Part shown: positions 25,055 to 32,910 of the stretch, one piece after another
Layout of the letters: every line of letters begins with the position of its first letter
Numbering within the stretch: position 1 is the first letter of the stretch
From: a virus
Lineage: Duplodnaviria; Caudoviricetes
DNA length: 33,148 bases
Direction: 5' to 3' (one strand)
IMG/VR virus record: IMGVR_UViG_3300045285_000043
Location: 1 to 33,148 of that record
Program-made: the position numbers and the translations under genes
The notes under the pieces: generated by a model
Seen by the model: the letters and a program-made list of their open reading frames with translations, nothing else
The model's database searches: none
Told to the model about the DNA's origin: nothing

Positions 25055-25915
25055 TCACTTGGTCGCCACCGGCACAGGCACCACCGGCACAGGCACCACC
25101 GGCACCACCGAGACCTGTGGCGCGGGCTGCGGCGGATAGCCGTTAGGCGGCGGCCAGTAGGAGAACTGCGGCTGCGGCTGCGGCTGCGGCTGCGGCAGAT
25201 GCAACCTGGGCAGCACGATCCCGGCGAACGCAATCAGCAGGCTGCCGCCGGCCACCAGATAGACCCAGACCTGCGACTGCCCCTCGCCACGCGCCGTGGC
25301 TGCCGTGGCGGCAGCCCGGATGTCGTTAACGGAGTTGCGGAGTTCGGCAATCCGATCGTCGTTACTCTTGGCCGCGCTCGCCAGCAGTGTTTTGATGCCC
25401 TCGAATTTGTCGTCGCTGGCTCGCTGGTTTGCCGCGATCGTGGTGACCACACCGTCAACCTGCTTGGTGAACGCCGCCTCCTGCTTGGTGGCGGAAAGGG
25501 CGGCGGCGGTCTGCGCATCTCCGACTGAGGTTTTCTGCGCGAGCAGCGCCGCGGCGAGGGCCACGTCGCGCCCAGCGAATTGCTGATCAACGCCCCGGAA
25601 TTTCTCGGCGGTTAGCGTTTGCGAATGGTTGATAGCAGCGTCGATCAATGCCGGCACGTCATCTAGCCTCTTCAGGAGCCTCTGGTCAGTGTAGTCGCCA
25701 GCGGCTTTTATCCTGGCGATATCATCCTCAACCGCCTTGATCTTGGATTCAAACAACTCTCGCAGGGCGGCAATTGCCCGTTCCTGCGAAGCCAAACCAA
25801 GGATCGTTGGATCTGGATTCGGACGTGAGCCGCCGGCAGCATCCACCGGCATGGGCTGCGCCACGGCCAGCGCCGGCACCAGCAGGCACGGCCAGAGGTG
25901 GCGCAGTCGGATCAT
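25055..25915 (-). CDS. Lysis-cassette protein: signal peptide, long coiled coil, C-terminal TM, Pro-rich tail
   Basis: MIRLRHLWPCLLVPALAVA-Q; WVYLVAGGSLLIAFAGIVL; ATGA overlap with the upstream gene. Confidence 0.7.
   Translation of the reverse strand: MIRLRHLWPCLLVPALAVAQPMPVDAAGGSRPNPDPTILGLASQERAIAALRELFESKIKAVEDDIARIKAAGDYTDQRLLKRLDDVPALIDAAINHSQTLTAEKFRGVDQQFAGRDVALAAALLAQKTSVGDAQTAAALSATKQEAAFTKQVDGVVTTIAANQRASDDKFEGIKTLLASAAKSNDDRIAELRNSVNDIRAAATAATARGEGQSQVWVYLVAGGSLLIAFAGIVLPRLHLPQPQPQPQPQFSYWPPPNGYPPQPAPQVSVVPVVPVPVVPVPVATK
25066..25195. repeat. Coding simple repeats: 15-nt ccaccggcacaggca units (VPVV/P) and (ctgcgg)n (PQ)n
   Basis: Directly visible at ~25066-25107 and ~25166-25195. 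Confidence 0.8.
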
Positions 25916-26151
25916 GGCTCCGGCCTGGGAATGATATGCGGAAGCGCCTCTAGCGGAATTGTCTTGCTGCACGCTGCAAGAAGCGGAACCAGCGCCCGTT
26001 CCCGCGAGGCGTTCTGTTGAGCGAGCAGCCAGAACAGGCCGCCAATGAATGCAAGGTTGAGCAGCAGCACCAGCAGCATTTGCCCCGGCAGCGCACGAAT
26101 GATGCCAGTGCTGACGCTGGCAACAACGCCTTGCTGCTGCTCCTCGGTCAT
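25912..26151 (-). CDS. Small single-TM membrane protein
   Basis: MLLVLLLNLAFIGGLFWLL. Confidence 0.65.
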   Translation of the reverse strand: MTEEQQQGVVASVSTGIIRALPGQMLLVLLLNLAFIGGLFWLLAQQNASRERALVPLLAACSKTIPLEALPHIIPRPEP

Positions 26152-26155
26152 GGCG

Positions 26156-26341
26156 TCACCCCGCGTCAACCAACGCCTTCACGGTGTCGAGTTGCGCCCT
26201 GATTGCTGCCTCCTCCGCAGGAGAGACAGCGCCTGTCTTGACGATGCCGATGGCACTTTCCGCGAGGCTCACGACGGCAGGGATCTGGGGAGCTACCGCG
26301 AGTAGAGCATTGATGATCTCGATAATCAGAGCGATGGGCAT
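26156..26341 (-). CDS. Small amphipathic/hydrophobic protein (possible spanin-system partner)
   Basis: AGGAG RBS; follows the lipoprotein gene. Confidence 0.6.
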   Translation of the reverse strand: MPIALIIEIINALLAVAPQIPAVVSLAESAIGIVKTGAVSPAEEAAIRAQLDTVKALVDAG

Positions 26342-26350
26342 TGCTATCTC

Positions 26351-26716
26351 CTATGCCTTCGGTGCCGGCTTGGGCAGCGTGGCGACGAGTGCTTGCAGCG
26401 TTTGCAGCGAGGTGGTGACCGCGTTCATGTCCGGCGTGCCGCCGCTGTCCGCTGCCGTCTGCGCCTGCGTGACGGTGAGGTAAGCCGCGTCGAACGCCAC
26501 CTTAATCTGCGGCTTGGGCGCGACGGCGGCACAGGACGCCTCGGCGTAGCAGGCCAGAACCACACGCCCGGCGGCTGCGAGCGACGCCTGCGAGGCCGAG
26601 ACGGAGGCGATGGCCGTCTGCTGGCCGCCACCGGAGCAGCCTGCCAGGAACGCTGCCAGGGCCGAGGCGCACAAGATAGCGGTGACGGCGCCGGTTGGTC
26701 GGTTGAGGATAATCAT
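26351..26716 (-). CDS. Lipoprotein (o-spanin-like position)
   Basis: MIILNRPTGAVTAILCASALAAFLAG-C lipobox; ATGA overlap with the holin-like gene. Confidence 0.7.
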   Translation of the reverse strand: MIILNRPTGAVTAILCASALAAFLAGCSGGGQQTAIASVSASQASLAAAGRVVLACYAEASCAAVAPKPQIKVAFDAAYLTVTQAQTAADSGGTPDMNAVTTSLQTLQALVATLPKPAPKA

Positions 26717-27018
26717 GGTGATGGTCCTTGGGTTGGCGGCGGCGTCGGAGGGACGCTGGCCGCGATGATGTCGGTCTTGCGCTGGCTGCCAGCGCTCGAT
26801 CCGAAGTAGTAGGCGACGACTTGCGTGGCATTCGAGATCACCGCGCCGATGATGAGCAGGAACGCGGACTGGTTGCCCGTTGCCCATGCCGCCACGAGAC
26901 AGCCCACGAACAGCGTCAACGTGTAGATGCCGATCGACGGCTTGGCCCAGAACGGTTCGTGTGCCGCAGTGTCCGGCGGAACGGGTGGAACGACAGGTGC
27001 GGGCAGCGTGTCTGTCAC
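26713..27018 (-). CDS. Holin-like protein (2 TM)
   Basis: Two TM helices plus YYFGSSAGSQRKTD motif; directly after the endolysin. Confidence 0.7.
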   Translation of the reverse strand: MTDTLPAPVVPPVPPDTAAHEPFWAKPSIGIYTLTLFVGCLVAAWATGNQSAFLLIIGAVISNATQVVAYYFGSSAGSQRKTDIIAASVPPTPPPTQGPSP

Positions 27019-27557
27019 GGCGGCGGGGCGGGCTTGATCCGCGCCAACTGATAGGCGAGGGCCTGGGCGGCAACCTCACGGCGGGTCCAGCCGTGCAGAA
27101 ACAGCGGGGCATTGCCGAGTGCCGCGAGGTACTCGATGTCGGCCCTGACGATGGCGTCGATCAATGTCCGCACATCCATCGCAGCCGTCAGTCGCAGCGT
27201 TTCCGGCCCGACCGCGCCATCCACCGTCGCGCCGACGACGCGCTGTAGCAGCCGCACGACGTGGCCGATGCCGGACAGCGTGCCCTGCTGGAACACCATC
27301 AGGTCCACGCCGGATGGCAGCGACGAACAGTGCGCTGCGTTCCAGTAGCGCGTGCGGTAGATCGCCCGCAGCGCATCATCCGTGGCGTCGGCAAGCTCGC
27401 CCGTCACGATGCCGTCGTCGCGGGCGCTGTCCCACGTCGCCAGCGTCACGCCGCGGACGGTAGGGAATGCCTCCCCCGGCGCTGTGTCGTCGCGGGCGCC
27501 GTCGCGGGTCGGACCCCAGATGAAATCCATCGCGGCGTCGAAGTTCGCTGCGGTCAT
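27015..27557 (-). CDS. Endolysin, glycoside hydrolase family 108-like with peptidoglycan-binding region
   Basis: GVT, IYRTRYW, LPSGVDLMVF, LLQRVVG..VDG.VGPETL, FLHGWTRR. Confidence 0.82.
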   Translation of the reverse strand: MTAANFDAAMDFIWGPTRDGARDDTAPGEAFPTVRGVTLATWDSARDDGIVTGELADATDDALRAIYRTRYWNAAHCSSLPSGVDLMVFQQGTLSGIGHVVRLLQRVVGATVDGAVGPETLRLTAAMDVRTLIDAIVRADIEYLAALGNAPLFLHGWTRREVAAQALAYQLARIKPAPPP

Positions 27558-27871
27558 GGCACCGGCTCCGGTTTCAGCCGCGATTTGCGGAACTCGTCGT
27601 GATCGCTCTGGATCTTGGCCAACGCATCGTTGATGCGTCTGCGCTCGTCGGTCTCCGCGAGGTCGGCGGCAATCCTCGCCGATGTCTCGACCTGCTCGTG
27701 GTCGGCGATGGCGAGCAACGCATCATCGATTTTCTGCGTCCATCGGCCGCCTTGCACGATCAACACCACGATACCGCTCGTCGTGGCCACGAACGTCATA
27801 AACGCCGCCGCCACGCCGAGCATGTGTAGGCCCGACCGGAACCTTGCTTCGCTTTCCTGCGCACTGGTCAT
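27554..27871 (-). CDS. Single-TM plus coiled-coil protein (holin/antiholin-like position)
   Basis: TM segment LGVAAAFMTFVATTSGIVVLIV; ATGA overlap with the endolysin. Confidence 0.55.
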   Translation of the reverse strand: MTSAQESEARFRSGLHMLGVAAAFMTFVATTSGIVVLIVQGGRWTQKIDDALLAIADHEQVETSARIAADLAETDERRRINDALAKIQSDHDEFRKSRLKPEPVP

Positions 27872-27926
27872 GCGTCACTGTAGATTGTCATCTCGGGCGT
27901 CCTTTCACGTCCGGGGTGGGCCGGCT

Positions 27927-27959
27927 CGGCGTCGGGTCGGAAGCCCGGCGTCGGGTCGG
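27927..27959. repeat. 14-bp intergenic direct repeat cggcgtcgggtcgg x2
   Basis: At 27927-27940 and 27946-27959. Confidence 0.8.
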
Positions 27960-27968
27960 CGAGGCACG

Positions 27969-28514
27969 TTACGAACCTCTATAGAAGTCAACGATCAAGA
28001 AGTTGCAGGTTATTGACCCAGCAACCGAACTGGTCGTGTTTTGACCAGTCACCGTAATGGCTTGTGCCGACGTGTCGGTGATCGCCACCGCACCGTTATT
28101 GATGATCGCGATAGCGGTATTGCTCACTAGACCCTGGCTCGACACGGTTTGCTGGTTAGACCCACGCTTGATGAGCCACGTATCGGTCTGCCAGGCGACG
28201 CCGCTGGCGGTCGTGCCGGTTGCACCCTGTAGCAGCGTGCCGCCGACTTTCATGCGCGCGGTTTTGTTGTCCGTCGTGCCGCCCATCGCACCACTGGCGA
28301 GGATATGCACCGTGTCGTTGACGTTGGCCAACTGCCCAGCCGGCAATGTGTACGTGCTGCAATTCGTCAGCGTGTCCTCGGTCAGATCGGCGCCGTTGCC
28401 GGACGACGTGGTGTTCGCGAACAGCCGCTGATAGCCGGACGGCGGCGGCGAGATCGTCTGCGCCGAGGCGGCAAGCGGCAGCAGTACGGCAGCGATGGCG
28501 GCAATGCGTCTCAT
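27969..28514 (-). CDS. Signal-peptide-bearing beta-rich protein, 181 aa
   Basis: MRRIAAIAAVLLPLAASA-Q; Thr/Gly-rich mature part with 2 Cys. Confidence 0.75.
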   Translation of the reverse strand: MRRIAAIAAVLLPLAASAQTISPPPSGYQRLFANTTSSGNGADLTEDTLTNCSTYTLPAGQLANVNDTVHILASGAMGGTTDNKTARMKVGGTLLQGATGTTASGVAWQTDTWLIKRGSNQQTVSSQGLVSNTAIAIINNGAVAITDTSAQAITVTGQNTTSSVAGSITCNFLIVDFYRGS

Positions 28515-28741
28515 GGTTTCGGTTCCTTCGGCTCGGTCGGTTTCGCCGCAATCTGCTTTTCGAGGGCGTCCACCTTGGCCTGCAATTCGATCGCGCGAGC
28601 CTGCCAATCAATCTTCTGCCCGGTCAGTTCCAGCACCGTCTGCTGCAACGCCTGGACCTGCGGCGAGAGTGAAGCTGGCGCCTGTGCCGCTGCGGCGGAT
28701 GATGCGAGCGCCACGCCGAGGCAGACGATGATCGGCCTCAT
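28511..28741 (-). CDS. Signal-peptide-bearing short coiled-coil protein, 76 aa
   Basis: MRPIIVCLGVALASSAAAA-Q; heptads VQALQQTVLEL...IELQAKVDALEKQI. Confidence 0.7.
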   Translation of the reverse strand: MRPIIVCLGVALASSAAAAQAPASLSPQVQALQQTVLELTGQKIDWQARAIELQAKVDALEKQIAAKPTEPKEPKP

Positions 28742-30474
28742 ATCTGCGCGCTCTTGGTCAAGGTGCATTCGCCGCCGATGTTCCAAGTTCCCGAGGTCGG
28801 CGTGATCGAGAGATTTACCCCACCCAACGTAGTGTCAGCAGCAGGCACCGCAGGCGCGGACCCGCTGAACTTCGCCGCGGCGCCGGCCGTCCCGGCGATC
28901 AGCGTCCACGTCGGACTGCCGACGATCGCCGTTGTGCTCGCCGTCGCGCCCATCGTCGCCATGAAGGAAATTGACCACGAGACGCTATCCGTCCCGCCTG
29001 TCGCGAAGGTATCGGCAATCAGCGTACAAGCGACGCTGATCGATGACTTGGGCGGAAAGTTCAGCGTATTCCCCGTCACCAGCACCTGCGCCGTGGCGCC
29101 CGAACCGCCGCCGCCGCCGGAGAACGCGACCGACGCCTCGGCCACGCAGCCGGTGCCTGGGTTGGAGATCCCCACCTCGCGCAGCACATTGTTGGTATCC
29201 AGATCGGTGCCGAGCACGGCGCCCGTGCAGCCGGTCACTGTCGCCACCGGCTCGCTGGTCCAGCCGGTCCCGCTGTTGGTCACCGACACATCGAGCAGGA
29301 AGCCGCTGGCCGCCAGGCCGTCCGAGGTGAGGCGGGTTGCGCCGCTGATTCCGCGCGCCTGGATCGGCACCGACTGGCGGAACGGTTGGCGCGTGGCAAA
29401 CCCGTGATAGGTCATCTGGCCGAAGTCGATGCCGAACGCGGCAACCGCGGGAGATGCGCCACGATTAATGGATGGCTCGACTGAAAGGATGCCGCCGAAC
29501 GGATAGATCGGAAACGTGCCGGATGACTGGCCGAATTGCAGGCCACGCCATAAACCGACCGCCGATGACTGGTTGGCGAACATCAGCCCCAACGGAGGCC
29601 CCAGGTTGCCGCCAAGGTCGCCTTGTACTTCGACGAACTGCGCATGCGTCATGCGCTGGAACGATGTGGCACCGCCGATCGTCCCCAGGTCGAACTCGGC
29701 GCCGACGCAACCCGAGACGAACTGCGCGGTCGGGTAGACCTCACAGCCGAGATTGAGGGTGATCATGTTGCCGTTGTGATTGGTAGCGTTGCCGCCAAGC
29801 CCCGATTGCATCCATCCATTGAGCCGCAGCACGTCGCTTGATCCGTTATATGTGTACGTGCCGCTTTGCTTGGTGCCGATCTGCGCCTGTAGGATATCCA
29901 TCGTCACGCGCGGCCCTGTCGCCGTTGTGCCGTTCGGTGCGACGTTGTGCGTGATGTTGATGCCATCGCTGTTGCCGGTCGATTGCACGCCGTCTTGCAG
30001 CAGGTAGCTGATCATATTGGTGCTGCCGGTGAACGTGCCGGTCGGGTTGGCCTGTAGGCACCAGATGTTGTTCGCGCCCGCGCATGTCGGATTAGCCACC
30101 ATCGTCATGCCGCCGACCGACTGGACGTAATGGCTGTTGATCGATGGCAGCGAAAGCGTCTGATTGAACGTCGCGGTATTCGTGAACAGTGTCGTGCCGC
30201 TGAACGTCTTATTGCCCGCAAACGTGCCCCCCAGCGTGCCGCCTGCGGGGAACGTCGCCGTGCCGGTAGTCGAGAGGGTAGTGAAGGCGCCGGTGCTGGG
30301 CGTGGTGCCACCGATCGGACCAGGCGCAGCAAGGTTCAGAGTGAGACCGGGCGCGGTCAGCGTGCCGAGCACCGTCACGTTCTGAAACGTCGGCGACGGA
30401 TAGGACTGCGGCCATGCCGGTGCGATGTCGAGCGCGAGGATCAGCGCAAGCGCAATGCCTTTCAGATTTCCCAC
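28738..30474 (-). CDS. Tail-fibre-like protein with apparent signal peptide, 578 aa
   Basis: GTG at 30474 overlaps the upstream TAG; MGNLKGIALALILALDIAPAWP-Q; fibre motifs IGGTTPSTGAFTTLS and VTNSGTGWTSEPVATV...SGGGGGSGATA. Confidence 0.72.
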   Translation of the reverse strand: MGNLKGIALALILALDIAPAWPQSYPSPTFQNVTVLGTLTAPGLTLNLAAPGPIGGTTPSTGAFTTLSTTGTATFPAGGTLGGTFAGNKTFSGTTLFTNTATFNQTLSLPSINSHYVQSVGGMTMVANPTCAGANNIWCLQANPTGTFTGSTNMISYLLQDGVQSTGNSDGINITHNVAPNGTTATGPRVTMDILQAQIGTKQSGTYTYNGSSDVLRLNGWMQSGLGGNATNHNGNMITLNLGCEVYPTAQFVSGCVGAEFDLGTIGGATSFQRMTHAQFVEVQGDLGGNLGPPLGLMFANQSSAVGLWRGLQFGQSSGTFPIYPFGGILSVEPSINRGASPAVAAFGIDFGQMTYHGFATRQPFRQSVPIQARGISGATRLTSDGLAASGFLLDVSVTNSGTGWTSEPVATVTGCTGAVLGTDLDTNNVLREVGISNPGTGCVAEASVAFSGGGGGSGATAQVLVTGNTLNFPPKSSISVACTLIADTFATGGTDSVSWSISFMATMGATASTTAIVGSPTWTLIAGTAGAAAKFSGSAPAVPAADTTLGGVNLSITPTSGTWNIGGECTLTKSAQI

Positions 30475-30956
30475 TACTTGCTCACAACGGTAAGGCTCTG
30501 CGAGCCTGACGCGACGATGCACGAGATCAGGCTTGTCGGCAGATAGCCGCTCGCCGCGGACCATGTGAGCGACTGGCCGGACGTGAGCGACAGGCTTGCC
30601 GCCGTCGCCGTGGCCGCCGCACCCGCTACGTTGACGAAGGCCGTCGTCGGCCCTGCGTTCTGAATGAGGATGAACGAGGTCGCCGCGCCGGCCGCCAGCA
30701 GCGTGGTGGTGGTGTTGCCGCACGACACCGCCGCCTCGTTCGGTGTTCCCGACGTGCCGGATGCTCCGCTGCCGCCCACGCCGGAGATGGTGCAAAGATT
30801 GCCGGTGGCGTCCATGTACGGCGGCGACATGCCGGTCGGCGGTTGTGCCGTGCCGCACGCCACGCCGGGCGGCAACCGCTGCGCCTGCTGCGCGTGCGCG
30901 GGCACCGAACAGAGCGCAGCCGCCAGCGCTGCCGCAATCAGGCTCAATCGTCGCAT
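30474..30956 (-). CDS. Signal-peptide-bearing beta-sandwich-like protein, 160 aa
   Basis: MRRLSLIAAALAAALCSVPAHA-Q; GAAAGG RBS; 4 Cys in the mature part. Confidence 0.75.
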   Translation of the reverse strand: MRRLSLIAAALAAALCSVPAHAQQAQRLPPGVACGTAQPPTGMSPPYMDATGNLCTISGVGGSGASGTSGTPNEAAVSCGNTTTTLLAAGAATSFILIQNAGPTTAFVNVAGAAATATAASLSLTSGQSLTWSAASGYLPTSLISCIVASGSQSLTVVSK

Positions 30957-30971
30957 CGGTGTGCCTTTCGG

Positions 30972-32471
30972 TTAGGGGTGCGCGGTCTTGTAGGCGGTAA
31001 AGTCCGCAGCGAGCGTGTCGATGGCCTTCTTGAGCACCTGGCACTTCGCCACCAACTCAGGCACCAGCATCGAATAATCCAGCATCTGGAGCTTCATCGA
31101 GCCATCTTCGTTCAAAGCATCCTTGGCGCCGATGACCACGAACGGCATTACCGCTTGCACCTCATGGGCGAGCATGAAGGAAAGCGTCTGCTCGGGATGC
31201 GCGTTGAAGTGGCCCATGTGGACGGTGAACTCATCGATGCAATCGCCCGTCGATAGCCCAGTGACGGTTTTGATCCGGTAGTCGCTCGTCGTGTTGTAGG
31301 CGGTCGTGGTGCCGTTGGTGGTGATCGTGCCAACGGCTGATCCGCCAGAGAAAAACCCCATCAGCGTCGTGGCGGTCGCATTGATCAGTACGTTGCCGCC
31401 CGTGCTCACCCCACCACTCGTCTGCACGATGCCTGTCGGCGTGGTCAGTGTCAGATTGGCGCCGGCAGGGTTGTGCGTTGCCTGTATGCCGATAAGGTGC
31501 GGCGTGTTGGTGGCGTCCCGCGCCGTCATATTGATTGCCTGGGCGTCGCTATTGGCCGTCGTTGCAACGCTGCCAAGCTGCAAGCCGGTGACGGCTGCCC
31601 CATCGCCGGTGAGATATGCGATTGCCCATGGCGAATTTAGAACGGCGACCTGATAGGCAATAGTAGTTGCAGGCGTGCCATTCGGAAACACGCCGAGCAT
31701 GTTGATGCCGTACGCTTTGGTCGCGAGGTTGTAAGCGCCGATGTCGAACTCGGCGCCGACCACCGTTGACGCCACGCCGGCCAGACCAACGTTGGTCTGA
31801 TCCGTCACCAGCGGATTGAGCGCAAAGACGGTAGCACCAGGCACCGTGTTGCGGGCGTAGAAGAAGCCAGCCGAGGCACCCGCCGCCATCGTGCTCTGGT
31901 TCTGCACGTAAGCGCCAAAGGCGTTCGCGGTGTAATTGGTAGCAGTCGGCGGCACGATGATGCCGGAGGCAAGCGCTTCCGTCGAGAAGTTGCCAGGGTG
32001 CGAGAACTGGAACTCAGTCGTGGACGACGCGCCGTTCACCATGAACGAATTGCCGTCGTGCATGGCGGCATTGTCGAACGTGCCGGGGACGGCGAAGGCG
32101 TTTGTGGCATGCAAGCGGGCGAAGTCCAGCGCGGTGGCGACGGTTTCCGCGTCAGGCGATTGGAGGATCGGTGCCCAGAAGCTGGAGATAGGATCGGCCT
32201 CGGAGATCCCGCTATAACCGGGTATCTGGTTCCCGAAGCTATCCGTCACGGTGATCTGGTATTGGCCGTTGCCATAGATCAGCGCACTACCCGCGCTGTC
32301 GAGCACGATTGGCTGCGGGTTGGGTATGGTCTGCGCCGCGTCCTGCCAGGTCTGCTTCGGCGTGCTGCCGCCTGGGACGAAGGTTCTGACCATGCCGCCT
32401 ATGAGCGGTTCCCCGGTGCCGGGGGCATAGGCGACGAAGCGCGGCAGCGGCAACAGGCTGGCGATGGCCAT
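30972..32471 (-). CDS. Tailspike/tail fibre with N-terminal virion-attachment domain and C-terminal S74 intramolecular chaperone
   Basis: GEPL.GG...TWQD....PNPQPIVLDSAG N-terminus; TSDYRIK...LAHEVQAVMP...DYSMLVPELV chaperone. Confidence 0.85.
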   Translation of the reverse strand: MAIASLLPLPRFVAYAPGTGEPLIGGMVRTFVPGGSTPKQTWQDAAQTIPNPQPIVLDSAGSALIYGNGQYQITVTDSFGNQIPGYSGISEADPISSFWAPILQSPDAETVATALDFARLHATNAFAVPGTFDNAAMHDGNSFMVNGASSTTEFQFSHPGNFSTEALASGIIVPPTATNYTANAFGAYVQNQSTMAAGASAGFFYARNTVPGATVFALNPLVTDQTNVGLAGVASTVVGAEFDIGAYNLATKAYGINMLGVFPNGTPATTIAYQVAVLNSPWAIAYLTGDGAAVTGLQLGSVATTANSDAQAINMTARDATNTPHLIGIQATHNPAGANLTLTTPTGIVQTSGGVSTGGNVLINATATTLMGFFSGGSAVGTITTNGTTTAYNTTSDYRIKTVTGLSTGDCIDEFTVHMGHFNAHPEQTLSFMLAHEVQAVMPFVVIGAKDALNEDGSMKLQMLDYSMLVPELVAKCQVLKKAIDTLAADFTAYKTAHP

Positions 32472-32506
32472 GCGATGGCAGTCCTAACGATGGTGGAAGA
32501 TTTCTC

Positions 32507-32544
32507 TTGCCGTTCAAGATTTAGGGGTGTAGAAGCTGCACCCC
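32507..32544 (+). promoter_or_regulatory. Candidate promoter TTGCCG-N17-TAGAAG with inverted repeat GGGGTGTAG-AAG-CTGCACCCC abutting the RHH start codon
   Basis: Inverted repeat at 32524-32544 with one mismatch. Confidence 0.5.
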
Positions 32545-32685
32545 ATGAGCAGACGTAGATCAGTCGTGCTGACCGATCAGCAGTGGGCCTTCCTGACCGA
32601 GGAGGCCGAACGGCTGGAGATCACGGTTGCCGATTTGCTGCGCCGGATCGTTGACGATTATCGAGCAAAGGAACGCCGACCATGA
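32545..32685 (+). CDS. Ribbon-helix-helix (CopG/Arc/Mnt-like) regulator, 46 aa
   Basis: Hand translation MSRRRSVVLTDQQWAFLTEEAERLEITVADLLRRIVDDYRAKERRP; not in the ORF track. Confidence 0.75.
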   Translation: MSRRRSVVLTDQQWAFLTEEAERLEITVADLLRRIVDDYRAKERRP

Positions 32686-32900
32686 AGCCGATCATTCTAG
32701 CCCTCGCCGCCCTAGCGCTGACCGCCTGCCAGTCCGGCTCGATGTCCAACATGAGCCAGGAGGATAAGGCGCTCGCCGTCATGCTGTTCGCGAAGCCGAG
32801 TTACACGCCGTACCAGCCGGTGCCGTTCTATCCGATGCAGATCCCGGCCAGCAGTTCGTTCTCCTGCTCCGGCGCCTCCGGCATCGTTAGCTGCTACTGA
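32682..32900 (+). CDS. Small lipoprotein
   Basis: MKPIILALAALALTA-C lipobox; ATGA overlap. Confidence 0.72.
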   Translation: MKPIILALAALALTACQSGSMSNMSQEDKALAVMLFAKPSYTPYQPVPFYPMQIPASSSFSCSGASGIVSCY

Positions 32901-32910
32901 GGCTCGCGGC

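Noticed and set aside
25066-25195. Short tandem repeats as a CRISPR array or DGR-type element
   Set aside because: In-frame coding low-complexity repeats; no unique spacers, cas genes or reverse transcriptase
30475-31044. N-terminal ~190 aa of the 768-aa ORF 28738..31044
   Set aside because: Overlaps the better gene 30474-30956 in another frame; GTG at 30474 is coupled to its stop
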